Source: an uncultured Acidobacteriota bacterium (GTDB lineage Bacteria > Acidobacteriota > JAQAZP01). Taken from it: 64,000 bases of DNA. Made by a program: the position numbers and the translations under genes. The stretch lies in NCBI GenBank assembly GCA_963836075.1, contig CAWIIB010000009.1, positions 322,437-386,436 of the forward strand, in the 5' to 3' direction. The notes below the pieces were generated by a model that saw only the letters and a program-made list of their open reading frames with translations, did not search any database and was not told the DNA's origin. Position 1 is the stretch's first letter, and each line of letters begins with the position of its first letter. Below, in pieces: positions 28,349 through 37,376 of this stretch.

Positions 28349-30700
28349 TCACTCCGCCGCACGGCCGCCGGCCGCCGCCCCGGCAATCATTGCCTGGCCC
28401 AGGGCCAGCCCGCCGTCATTCACCGGGATCAGGCCCGGCGGAACCACGCTGAATCGGGACGACTCCAGCGCTTCGGTGGTCAGGCGGGTCAGGATTCTGT
28501 TCTGGAACACGCCCCCACAGAGTACCACAGTCGAAGGGCCGCCGCCTTCCCTGATCAGGCGGCAGGCCCCGGCCAGGGCTGCGGCCAGGGCCCGGTGAAA
28601 GGCCAGGGCCAACCCCGCCCGGTCCTCGCCCTCGAGCAGGCCGCGGACCAGCCCGGCCAGCAGGGGTTCGGGGTCGAGGATCACCTTGCCCTCTTTTTCG
28701 GCCACCTCGATCCCGAGCCAGCTCTGATCACCGGTTCCGGCCTGACCGGCCAGCTGCTCCAGCTCGATGGCCGCCTGGCCCTGGTAGGTCACGCTGTCCC
28801 GCACACCGAGGATCGCCGCCGCCGCGTCGAACAGGCGGCCGGCGCTGGAGGTGAGCGGCGTATTGAAGCCCCGCTCCACCATTCGGCGGATCACCCCGGC
28901 CTCGCCGGGGGCGGCACGGCTCCGGAGGCCGAGCCCGCTTTCCTCGGCCCAGGGCGCCAGCAGCTGGAGCCAGGCCAGGGCCAGGGCCAGGGGCCGGCGG
29001 ATCGCCCGGTCGCCGCCGGGGAGCGGCAGGGGCCTGAAGTGGCCGGCCCGGGTGTAGCCCGCGGCGGAGCCGACCAGCAGTTCCCCGCCCCAGACAGTCC
29101 CGTCCGGGCCCCAGCCGCTGCCGTCGAGCACCAGGCCCAGGGCCTGCCCTTCGAGCCCGGCCGCGGTCATCGCTGAAACCAGGTGCGCGTGGTGGTGCTG
29201 GACCGGGACGGCGCGGCGGCCGCTGCCGGACAGCCGCTGGGCCAGGCGGGTGGTGAGCAGATCGGGGTGCAGGTCGTGGGCCACCAGTTCGGGCTCCAGG
29301 CGCAGCCAGCGGCCGAAACGTCCGATCGACTCCTCGAGAAAGGCCAGCGTTTCGAGGTTGTCCACGTCGCCGATGTGCTGGGAGAGAAAAGCCCGACGGC
29401 CGGTGGCGAGGACAAAGACGGTGCCGGTCATTGCGCCCAGGGCCAGGACCGGGCGGACCGGGCGGGGCAGCTCCAGCGGCAGCGGTACGAACCCCCGGGA
29501 GCGGCGCAGGAGCACCAGCCGCTCCCCGGACATCATCCCCACCGAGTCGTCACAGCGGTTGGCCACCGGCCGGTCATGGACCAGCAAGGCGTCGGCGATC
29601 CGTCCCAGCTTATCCAGCGCTTCTCCGTTGTCGGTGACGATCGGCTCTTCGGAGATGTTGCCGCTGGTCATCACCAGGCAGGGTGGTGAGTCTTGATCAA
29701 AGAGCAGCCGGTGCAGCGGCGTGTAGGGCAGCATCACTCCGAGGTGCTGCTGCCCCGGCATGACGAGGGGAGAGATGGGCGCCAGGCCGCGGCCAGGGGA
29801 TTCCCGCAGGCGGAGCAGCAGGATCGGCCGGCGCGGCCCGGCCAGCTCGGCCAGTTCCCCCGGCGAGACCGCGCAATACCCTTCGGCCACCGCGCGGTCG
29901 CGGCACATCACGGCCAGGGGCTTGTGCGGCCGGCCCTTGCGCTTGCGCAGCAGGGCCACCGCGCTGCCGTCAGCGGCATCGCAGGCGAGGTGGAAGCCGC
30001 CGAGCCCCTTCACCGCAACGATCCTGCCCGCGGTGAGGAGCACCCGGGCCTCGGCCAACCCCCGTTCACGCCCGGCGAGAATCGAGCCGTCAGGAGCGAG
30101 CAGCGAGAGCTCCGGCCCGCAGTCCGGGCAGGCATTGGGCTCGGCGTGGAACCGCCGGTCCCCCGGGTCGCGGTATTCCGCCGCGCAGGCCGGGCAGAGG
30201 GTGAAGCGGCCCATGGTGGTCCGCTCCCGGTCGTAGGGCACGGACTGCACCACGGTGAACCGCGGGCCGCAGTTGGTGCAGTTGATGAAGGGGTGGCCGA
30301 AGCGGCGATCCCCCGGGTCTTCCAGCTCGCCCAGGCAGTCGGGGCAGAGCGAAACATCGGGGCTGATCAGGGCCGCCTGGTCCCCGTCCGGGGCGCTCTC
30401 TTGCACCACAAACGATCGGGCGCTCCCCGGAGGGGCCTCTTCGACGAGCACGTCCGAGACCCGGGCCAGCGGCGGCGCCTCTTCGCGCAGGGCCGCCAGC
30501 AGCGCCTCCACCTCCTCGGGCCCGCCCTCGGCGTCGATCTCCACGCCCCCGGTGCTGTTGCGCACCGACCCGGCCAGCCCCAGCCGCCGGGCCGCCCGGT
30601 AGACGAAGGGGCGAAATCCCACCCCCTGAACCAGTCCGGTGACCCGGATCAGAATCCGCTGACTGGTCTCTTTGGCCATCTCCTCCCTCATCCCGGTCAC
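28349..30700 (-). CDS. hypF: Carbamoyltransferase HypF (acylphosphatase + 2 Zn fingers + YrdC + Kae1-like).
   Basis: 783 aa. ...VQGVGFRPFVYR... (acylphosphatase). CPDCL...CTNCGPR and CPACA...CPDCGP (zinc fingers). The alternative start is ATG 30679 with GGAGGA. Confidence 0.85.
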   Translation of the reverse strand: MTGMREEMAKETSQRILIRVTGLVQGVGFRPFVYRAARRLGLAGSVRNSTGGVEIDAEGGPEEVEALLAALREEAPPLARVSDVLVEEAPPGSARSFVVQESAPDGDQAALISPDVSLCPDCLGELEDPGDRRFGHPFINCTNCGPRFTVVQSVPYDRERTTMGRFTLCPACAAEYRDPGDRRFHAEPNACPDCGPELSLLAPDGSILAGRERGLAEARVLLTAGRIVAVKGLGGFHLACDAADGSAVALLRKRKGRPHKPLAVMCRDRAVAEGYCAVSPGELAELAGPRRPILLLRLRESPGRGLAPISPLVMPGQQHLGVMLPYTPLHRLLFDQDSPPCLVMTSGNISEEPIVTDNGEALDKLGRIADALLVHDRPVANRCDDSVGMMSGERLVLLRRSRGFVPLPLELPRPVRPVLALGAMTGTVFVLATGRRAFLSQHIGDVDNLETLAFLEESIGRFGRWLRLEPELVAHDLHPDLLTTRLAQRLSGSGRRAVPVQHHHAHLVSAMTAAGLEGQALGLVLDGSGWGPDGTVWGGELLVGSAAGYTRAGHFRPLPLPGGDRAIRRPLALALAWLQLLAPWAEESGLGLRSRAAPGEAGVIRRMVERGFNTPLTSSAGRLFDAAAAILGVRDSVTYQGQAAIELEQLAGQAGTGDQSWLGIEVAEKEGKVILDPEPLLAGLVRGLLEGEDRAGLALAFHRALAAALAGACRLIREGGGPSTVVLCGGVFQNRILTRLTTEALESSRFSVVPPGLIPVNDGGLALGQAMIAGAAAGGRAAE

Positions 30701-30707
30701 GACAGAA

Positions 30708-30720
30708 CTGCCGTCGGCAG
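30708..30720. promoter_or_regulatory. Perfect palindrome CTGCCG-T-CGGCAG in the hypF/hoxE divergent intergenic region. Candidate operator or 5'-UTR hairpin.
   Basis: Seen directly. It lies 8-29 nt upstream of the alternative hypF starts. Confidence 0.3.
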
Positions 30721-30952
30721 ATTTTATTACGGATTGACAAGGACGGGTAGAACGATCGTCAACAGAATCCTAATCCGCCCGAAAAGCGGCTGTTCGACCT
30801 CACTCCTATTGAACCCCGTAACTATTCGGTGGATAATACCTTGAAGCCAACAACCGAAATTGAATCGACTCTTCTTGACCATGAAACGGGAAGCCACTAT
30901 TGCTTGCGGGATTCGTGACAACAATCCCGGAAGTCCATAGTAGGAAGCACCG

Positions 30953-31450
30953 ATGATCATCGACTACGCCAAGCCCGCGCCGCCCTCCGACGACAAACGG
31001 TGGAAGATGGTCCAGGCCGAGATGCGCAAGTACGGCCACTCGCACGACGCGCTGATCCAGGCGCTGCACGCCGTGCAGAGCGCCTTCGGCTACCTCGACC
31101 CGGGCGCCCTGGGCTTCGTCGCCGCCTCGCTGCGCGTCCCGTTGAGCCGGGTCTACGGCGTGGCCACCTTCTACCACTACTTCACCATGAAGCCGCGGGG
31201 GCGGCACACCTGCGTGATCTGCACCGGCACGGCCTGCTACATCAAGGGCGTGCCCGAGCTGCTGGCGGCACTGAAAGAGACCTACGACATCGGCCTCGGC
31301 GAGACCAGCGAGGACGACAACCTCTCCCTGCTCTCCGCCCGCTGCGTCGGCGCCTGCGGCCTCGCGCCGGTGGCGGTGATCGACGGCGAGGCGGTGGGCA
31401 AGCTGACCCCGGAGCACTTGCTGCTCACGCTGGAGGAGGTGATCGGATGA
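30953..31450 (+). CDS. hoxE: NAD-reducing hydrogenase diaphorase subunit HoxE (NuoE-like 2Fe-2S thioredoxin-like).
   Basis: VCTGTACYIKG...CVGACGLAPV (NuoE-type cysteine pattern). Confidence 0.8.
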   Translation: MIIDYAKPAPPSDDKRWKMVQAEMRKYGHSHDALIQALHAVQSAFGYLDPGALGFVAASLRVPLSRVYGVATFYHYFTMKPRGRHTCVICTGTACYIKGVPELLAALKETYDIGLGETSEDDNLSLLSARCVGACGLAPVAVIDGEAVGKLTPEHLLLTLEEVIG

Positions 31451-33078
31451 TCTTCGACCAACTCGAAGAGCTGGGGCGGACGGCCGTCGAGGAGGAGCAG
31501 GCGGCGGAGCACTGCATCAACGTCTGCGTCGCCGCGGGCTGTGTCTCCTCGGGCAGCGACCAGCTGCTCGAGCAGCTGAAGGCGGAGGTCGCTTCCCGCG
31601 GCCTCGAGGGCAAGGTGCTGGTCAAGGGCGTGGGCTGCATGGGCCCCTGCGCCGGAGGCCCGGTGGTGCGCGTGGCCTCCGAGGAGATCCTCTACGAGAA
31701 CGTCCAGCCAGAGGATGCCCGCTCGATCATGGACCAGCTGGGCAAGGGGCCCATCGAGCGGCTGGCCGTCTCCACCGACCGGCCCTTCTTCAGTCGCCAG
31801 GAGCAGATCGTCACGCAAAACTGCGGCGTGATCGACCCCGAGCGCCTCGACGACGCCGTGGCCCACGGCGCCTACTCGGCGCTGGCCAAAGTGCTCAGCG
31901 AGATGACCTCGCTGGAGGTCATCGACCAGGTGATCCGCAGCGGCCTCAGGGGCCGCGGCGGCGCCGGCTATCCCACCGGCCTCAAGTGGAGCACGGTGGC
32001 CAAGGCCGGCGGCGAGAAGAAGTACATCGTCTGCAACGCCGACGAGGGCGACCCCGGGGCCTTCATGGACCGCTCGGTGCTGGAGAGCGACCCGCACCGG
32101 GTGCTGGAGGGGATGGCCATCGCCGCGGTGGCCACCGACGCCCAGGAGGGCATCATCTACATTCGGGCCGAATACCCGCTGGCTATCGACCGGCTGAAGA
32201 AGGCGATCCGCCAGGCCGAGCGAGCCGGGGTGCTGGGCAAGAACGTGCTCGGGGCGATGCACGAGTTCCACGTGCAGATCCGCCTCGGCGCCGGGGCCTT
32301 CGTCTGCGGCGAGGAGACGGCGCTGCTGGCCTCCATCGAGGGCAAGCGGGGCAGCCCGCGGCCGCGGCCGCCCTACCCCGCCGAGTCGGGCCTCTGGGGG
32401 AAGTCGACGCTGATCAACAACGTGGAGACCTTCGCCAACATCCCGGCGATCATCACCAACGGCGCCGACTGGTTCGCCGGCATCGGCACCGAGAAGAGCA
32501 AGGGGACCAAGGTCTTCGCCCTGGCCGGCAAGGTGAAGAACACCGGCCTCATCGAGGTGCCCATGGGCACACCCCTGCGCGACATCGTCTTCGAGATCGG
32601 CGGCGGCATCCCCGACGGCCACAGCTTCAAAGCGGTGCAGACCGGCGGGCCTTCGGGGGGCTGCATCTCCGCCGAGAACCTCGACAGCCCGGTGGACTAC
32701 GAGAGCCTCGCCGAGCTGGGCTCGATCATGGGCTCGGGCGGGATCATCGTCCTCGACGAGACCTCGAGCATGGTCGACGTGGCGCGCTACTTCATGGACT
32801 TCTCCATGGATGAGTCCTGCGGCAAGTGCGTGCCCTGCCGGGTGGGCACGGTGCAGCTCCACGATCTGCTGGAGAAGTTTTTGCGCAAGGAGGCCGGCCC
32901 GCGCGACCTCAGGCTGCTCGAGGAGCTCTGCGACACGATGCAGACCTGCAGCCTCTGCGGCCTGGGACAGGCGGCGCCCAACCCGGTGCTCTCCACCCTG
33001 CGCTACTTCCGCAACGAGTACGAGGAGCTGATGGCCCAACAGCCGGCGACGACGGCCGGCGGGGAGGATAAGTCATGA
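31447..33078 (+). CDS. hoxF: Diaphorase subunit HoxF (NuoF-like; NAD(H)- and FMN-binding, 4Fe-4S).
   Basis: ATGA overlap with hoxE. GRGGAGYPTGLKW, CGEETALLASIEG, ESCGKCVPCRVG motifs. Confidence 0.85.
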   Translation: MIFDQLEELGRTAVEEEQAAEHCINVCVAAGCVSSGSDQLLEQLKAEVASRGLEGKVLVKGVGCMGPCAGGPVVRVASEEILYENVQPEDARSIMDQLGKGPIERLAVSTDRPFFSRQEQIVTQNCGVIDPERLDDAVAHGAYSALAKVLSEMTSLEVIDQVIRSGLRGRGGAGYPTGLKWSTVAKAGGEKKYIVCNADEGDPGAFMDRSVLESDPHRVLEGMAIAAVATDAQEGIIYIRAEYPLAIDRLKKAIRQAERAGVLGKNVLGAMHEFHVQIRLGAGAFVCGEETALLASIEGKRGSPRPRPPYPAESGLWGKSTLINNVETFANIPAIITNGADWFAGIGTEKSKGTKVFALAGKVKNTGLIEVPMGTPLRDIVFEIGGGIPDGHSFKAVQTGGPSGGCISAENLDSPVDYESLAELGSIMGSGGIIVLDETSSMVDVARYFMDFSMDESCGKCVPCRVGTVQLHDLLEKFLRKEAGPRDLRLLEELCDTMQTCSLCGLGQAAPNPVLSTLRYFRNEYEELMAQQPATTAGGEDKS

Positions 33079-33800
33079 GCCCGCAGACCGTCCGCATCAA
33101 GACGCTGACCATCGACGGCCGCCAGGTGGGCGCGGCGCACAACGAGACGATCCTCCAGGTGGCCCAGGAAAACGGCATCTGGATCCCGACCCTCTGCTAC
33201 CTCGAGGGCCTGACCCCGGCGGGCGCCTGCCGGCTCTGCCTCGTCGAGGTGGCCGGCCAGCGGCGGCCGATCCCCGCCTGCACCACCGAGGTCTACGAGG
33301 GGATGGAGGTCACCACCCAGTCGGAGAAACTGAAGCACTACCGCAAGGTGATCATGGAGCTGATCTTCTCCGAGCGGCACCACGTCTGCGCCGTCTGCGT
33401 CTCCAACCACCACTGCGAGCTGCAGGAGCTGGCTCACCGCCTCGGCGTGGACCACATCCGCTTCCCGCACCTCAACAAGGCCTGGAAGGTTGACGCCTCC
33501 CACGACCGCTACGTTCAGGACGACAACCGCTGCGTCCTCTGCGGCCGCTGCGTCCGCGTCTGCGGCGAGATCGAGGGCGCCCACACCATGGGCTTCGACG
33601 GCCGCGGGATCAACACCTGCATCATCACCGACCTGCGCCAGCCCTGGGGCGAATCCCAGACCTGCACCCGCTGCGGCAAGTGTGTGCACGTCTGTCCCAC
33701 CGGGGCGCTGATCGAGCAGGGCAGGAGCGTGGCGGAGCAGACCAAGCGCTCGCAGTTCATGCCCTACCTGACGATGATGCGCGAGGAGGACAAGAAATGA
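33075..33800 (+). CDS. hoxU: Diaphorase subunit HoxU (NuoG N-terminal-like 2Fe-2S/4Fe-4S ferredoxin).
   Basis: IPTLCYLEGLTPAGACRLCLVEV..., CVLCGRCVRVCGEIEG, CTRCGKCVHVCPTGAL. Confidence 0.8.
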   Translation: MSPQTVRIKTLTIDGRQVGAAHNETILQVAQENGIWIPTLCYLEGLTPAGACRLCLVEVAGQRRPIPACTTEVYEGMEVTTQSEKLKHYRKVIMELIFSERHHVCAVCVSNHHCELQELAHRLGVDHIRFPHLNKAWKVDASHDRYVQDDNRCVLCGRCVRVCGEIEGAHTMGFDGRGINTCIITDLRQPWGESQTCTRCGKCVHVCPTGALIEQGRSVAEQTKRSQFMPYLTMMREEDKK

Positions 33801-34330
33801 GCAGGCCCCGGCTCGCCACCATCTGGCTCGACGGCTGCTCCGGCTGCCACATGTCGTTCCTCGACATCGACGAGCGGCTCCTCGAGCTGGCCGGCCGCGC
33901 CGACCTGGTCTACAGCCCGCTGGTCGACGCCAAGGAGTACCCCGAGAACGTGGACATCGTCCTGGTCGAGGGCTCGGTCTCCACCGACGAGGACGAGGAG
34001 AAACTCCGCCTGGTGCGCAGCCGCACCAAAACGCTGATCTCCTTCGGCGACTGCGCGGTGACCGGCAACGTGCCGGCGATGCGGAACCCTTTCGGCCCCG
34101 GGAAGACATTGGAACAGTCGTACCTGGAGAACACGGACCAGAATCCGGCGATCCCCGCCGAAGGGCTGCCCACGCTGCTCGAACTGGTCAAACCGGTACA
34201 CGAGGTGGTCGATGTGGATGTCTATTTGCCTGGCTGCCCGCCGCCGGCGGACGCCATCTGGTATGTGCTGACGGAGTTGCTGGAGGGCCGCACGCCCGAT
34301 CCTCTCACGATGACCCGGTTCGGAAAGTGA
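33797..34330 (+). CDS. hoxY: [NiFe] hydrogenase small subunit HoxY.
   Basis: ATIWLDGCSGCHMSFLD...FGDCAVTGN...LPGCPP. Confidence 0.8.
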   Translation: MSRPRLATIWLDGCSGCHMSFLDIDERLLELAGRADLVYSPLVDAKEYPENVDIVLVEGSVSTDEDEEKLRLVRSRTKTLISFGDCAVTGNVPAMRNPFGPGKTLEQSYLENTDQNPAIPAEGLPTLLELVKPVHEVVDVDVYLPGCPPPADAIWYVLTELLEGRTPDPLTMTRFGK

Positions 34331-34340
34331 GGCTGCGATC

Positions 34341-35765
34341 ATGTCACGAAAGATCACCATCGACCCGATCACGCGCATCGAGGGACACGCCCGCATCACC
34401 CTCCACCTCGACGACGACGGCATCGTCGAGCAGGCGCTGTTCCACGTAACGCAGTTCCGCGGCTTCGAAACGTTCGTCCAGGGGCGGCCGTTCTACGAGA
34501 TGCCCTCGCTGATGGCCCGTACCTGCGGCATCTGCCCGGTGGCCCACCTGATCGCCGGGGCCAAGGCCTGCGACGACCTGTTCGCAGTGCAGATCCCGAA
34601 AGCCGCACGCAATTTGAGGCGGGTGATGAACCTGGCCCAGATCCTCCAGTCGCACGCGCTGAGCTTCTTCCACCTGTCGAGCCCCGACCTGCTGTTCGGC
34701 ATGGACGGCGACCCGGCAAAACGGAACATCCTCGGCATTTTCGAGGAGAACCCGCAACTGGCCAGGGACGGCATTCGACTGCGGCAGATCGGCCAGACGA
34801 TCATCGAGTCGCTCGGCGGCAAACGGATTCATCCGTCGTGGGTGGTGCCCGGCGGCGTGAACGAACCGCTTTCCGAAGAGCACCGCGGCAGCATTCTCGC
34901 CTCGATGCCCGAAGCGATGGAAATCGCCGGCCGGACGCTCGACTGGTTCAAGGGGCGGGTGAAGGACTTCGAAGCCGAGATCCGCACCTTTGGCAATTTC
35001 CCCAGCCTCTACATGGGCCTGGTGGACGGCAAGGGGAACCTCGAGCATTACGACGGCACCCTCCGCATCGTCGATGCCGCCGGCAACATCATCGTCGACC
35101 GGCACGACACCCTGCGCTACGAAGAACTGGTGGGCGAGGCCGTGGAGCCCTGGACCTACATGAAATTCCCCTACTACAAACCACTGGGCTACCCCAAGGG
35201 GATGTACCGCGTGGGGCCGCTGGCCCGGCTCAACGTGGTCAACCGCTGTGGGACAGACCGGGCGGACAAGGAGCTGGAGATTTTCCGCTCGCTGGAAAAG
35301 GGCCCGGTGTCCAGCTCGTTCCACTACCATTGGGCGCGGCTGATCGAGATCCTCTTTTGCATCGAGCGGACACAGCAGTTGCTCGACGATCCGGAAATCC
35401 TCTCCCGTCACGTGCGGGCCGAGGCCAAACCGAACAGCTTCGACGGCATCGGCGTCACCGAGGCCCCGCGGGGCACACTTTTCCACCACTACAAGATCGA
35501 CGAGCAGGGGCTGGTCACCTGGGCCAACTTCATCATCGCCACCGGCAACAACAACCTGGCGATGAACCGCTCGATCCTCCAGGTGGCCAAGAACCATGTG
35601 GACGGCAACAACCTCTCCGAGGGCATGCTCAACCGTGTGGAGGCGGTGATCCGCGCCTACGACCCGTGCCTCAGCTGCTCGACCCATGCCTCGGGTCAAA
35701 TGGCGCTGAAGATCGAGCTGCTGGACCCGGAAGGGACCGTCGTCGACCGGCTGATTCGCGATTAG
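34341..35765 (+). CDS. hoxH: [NiFe] hydrogenase large subunit HoxH.
   Basis: ITRIEGHARI... N-terminal RxCGxC (ARTCGICPVAH) and C-terminal DPCLSCSTH nickel-binding motifs. Confidence 0.85.
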   Translation: MSRKITIDPITRIEGHARITLHLDDDGIVEQALFHVTQFRGFETFVQGRPFYEMPSLMARTCGICPVAHLIAGAKACDDLFAVQIPKAARNLRRVMNLAQILQSHALSFFHLSSPDLLFGMDGDPAKRNILGIFEENPQLARDGIRLRQIGQTIIESLGGKRIHPSWVVPGGVNEPLSEEHRGSILASMPEAMEIAGRTLDWFKGRVKDFEAEIRTFGNFPSLYMGLVDGKGNLEHYDGTLRIVDAAGNIIVDRHDTLRYEELVGEAVEPWTYMKFPYYKPLGYPKGMYRVGPLARLNVVNRCGTDRADKELEIFRSLEKGPVSSSFHYHWARLIEILFCIERTQQLLDDPEILSRHVRAEAKPNSFDGIGVTEAPRGTLFHHYKIDEQGLVTWANFIIATGNNNLAMNRSILQVAKNHVDGNNLSEGMLNRVEAVIRAYDPCLSCSTHASGQMALKIELLDPEGTVVDRLIRD

Positions 35766-35779
35766 GGCGGGCGTGGCCT

Positions 35780-36251
35780 ATGGCACGAATCCTGATCATC
35801 GGAATCGGCAATCCCCTGAGGGAGGACGACGCAGTGGGCCGGCTGGCCGCCCGGCAACTCGCCAGCCGCTATGCCGGCGATGAGCGGGTCACCGCGATCG
35901 ATTGTCACCAGTTGACCCCTGAACTGGCCGAGTCCGTGGCCGGGTCAGACCTGGTGCTCTTTCTCGACGCGGCACGAGCCGGTGAACCCGGCCGGCTGTC
36001 GAAAACGGAAGTGGCGCCTTCCGTCAGTGCCGGCTGCCGCGATCCCCACGACCTCACACCGCAGGATCTCCTCGCCGTCGCCCAAGCGCCTTTTCGGTGG
36101 CGCGCCCCGGGCCCTGCTGCTCACCGTTACCGGCCGGCTGTTCGGTCTCGGCGAGGGGCTCAGCCGGGAGGCGGGGCGGGGAGTGGATCGGCTGGTGGAA
36201 AGCGCTGCCGGCATTATTTCCGGGTTCGGCCATGGCGAAGCCCCCGGGTGA
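35780..36251 (+). CDS. hoxW: Hydrogenase maturation endopeptidase (HoxW/HycI family). 1-nt indel frameshift near 36085.
   Basis: MARILIIGIGNPLREDDAVGRLAA... continues in the other frame as ...LFGGAPRALLLTVTGRLFGLGEGLS... Confidence 0.65.
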
Positions 36252-36256
36252 CCGGC

Positions 36257-37192
36257 CTACCCCTCCGACGCCCGTGCCCCCGGCTTCCCCTCCCTGGCGT
36301 TGTCGTAAAAACGCTGGGTGGGGTAGGCGAAATCAACGTCGTCACACTCCCCGAAAGCGGCGAGGATATCCTCCCAGATCGTTCCGGCGGACGATCTGCG
36401 TTTGCGTGGTTCGCAGAGGTAGCGCAGGGTCAGGGTCACGCCGATATCGGCCACCGAGGTCCAGACGATGGGTGTGAGATATTCAAAGAAGATCAGGTAT
36501 TTCTTTGCCGCCCGGCGGATCTCCCGCTTCGCGTGCTCGGTCTTCACCGCCGTGTGCCGCTCGCCGATCTCCTGGATCAGCTGCTTCGCCTTCTGCCAGT
36601 CGCTCTCGAAGGTCACGGTCACCGCGATCTCGTTCCAGATGATGTTGAACCCCTGGGTAAAATTGGAGAGCGACTGCTTGAAAACCCAGCCGTTGGGGAT
36701 ATGGATGATCCGGCCGGTGCTCTGGTCGGCATCGACCCAGTTGCCGATCTCCAGCAGGGTGAACTGGAACAGCCTGACGTCGATCACGTCGCCGGCGTGG
36801 CCGTTGATGTCCACCCGGTCCCCCACCTCGAACGGCTTGCGCACGACGATGAAAATCCAGCCGGCAAAATTGGCCAGCAGGTCCTGCAGGGCAATGGCCA
36901 GCCCGGCGCTGAAGATGGCGAGATAAGCGGCGAGACCGGTCTGCTGACCCAGCCAGACCCGCCAGAGGGTGATGAACAGGGCAAAGCCAAGGAGATATTT
37001 GACCGTCTTGAGAAAGATGTACTGCCGGGTGATCTCCTGGTGGCCGTGGCGGACCGCGTAGCCGATGACCCAGCGCAGCAGCATGTAGGCCAGGATGGCG
37101 ATGATGGAGAAGACAAACTTCTGCTGCAGCTGGACACTGAGCCCAAGCGCTTCGGAGACGCCAAGCGACAAGTCATCGAGTGTCTGATGCAT
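36257..37192 (-). CDS. Mechanosensitive ion channel, MscS family (small type).
   Basis: …GLAIALQDLLANFAGWIFIVVRKPFEVGDRVDINGHAGDVIDVRLFQFTLLEIGNW... (the MscS TM3/beta-domain signature). Confidence 0.8.
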   Translation of the reverse strand: MHQTLDDLSLGVSEALGLSVQLQQKFVFSIIAILAYMLLRWVIGYAVRHGHQEITRQYIFLKTVKYLLGFALFITLWRVWLGQQTGLAAYLAIFSAGLAIALQDLLANFAGWIFIVVRKPFEVGDRVDINGHAGDVIDVRLFQFTLLEIGNWVDADQSTGRIIHIPNGWVFKQSLSNFTQGFNIIWNEIAVTVTFESDWQKAKQLIQEIGERHTAVKTEHAKREIRRAAKKYLIFFEYLTPIVWTSVADIGVTLTLRYLCEPRKRRSSAGTIWEDILAAFGECDDVDFAYPTQRFYDNAREGKPGARASEG

Positions 37193-37376
37193 TGAACGAG
37201 ACCTCGGTTCACTATAGACAACTTGATGCCCGAAAGACAAGGACCGCCGTCGACGGCAAACGCTGGAGACCGAATGCCGGGCGGATCAAATGGCGGCTAC
37301 CGGCAATGGGAGAGCCGTCTTGTGGGAGGCAGAAAACCAGAGGCAGTGTCACATCGTGATGAGGAAAGGAATCCGT

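Noticed and set aside
28095-28352. N-terminal 86-aa extension of the hypD ORF (MNGAANVSRST...).
   Set aside because: Low-complexity Arg/Gly/Pro translation overlapping hypC in another frame. The conserved HypD sequence begins at ATG 28094 (MSGQAALRG...), in the usual 4-nt overlap with hypC.
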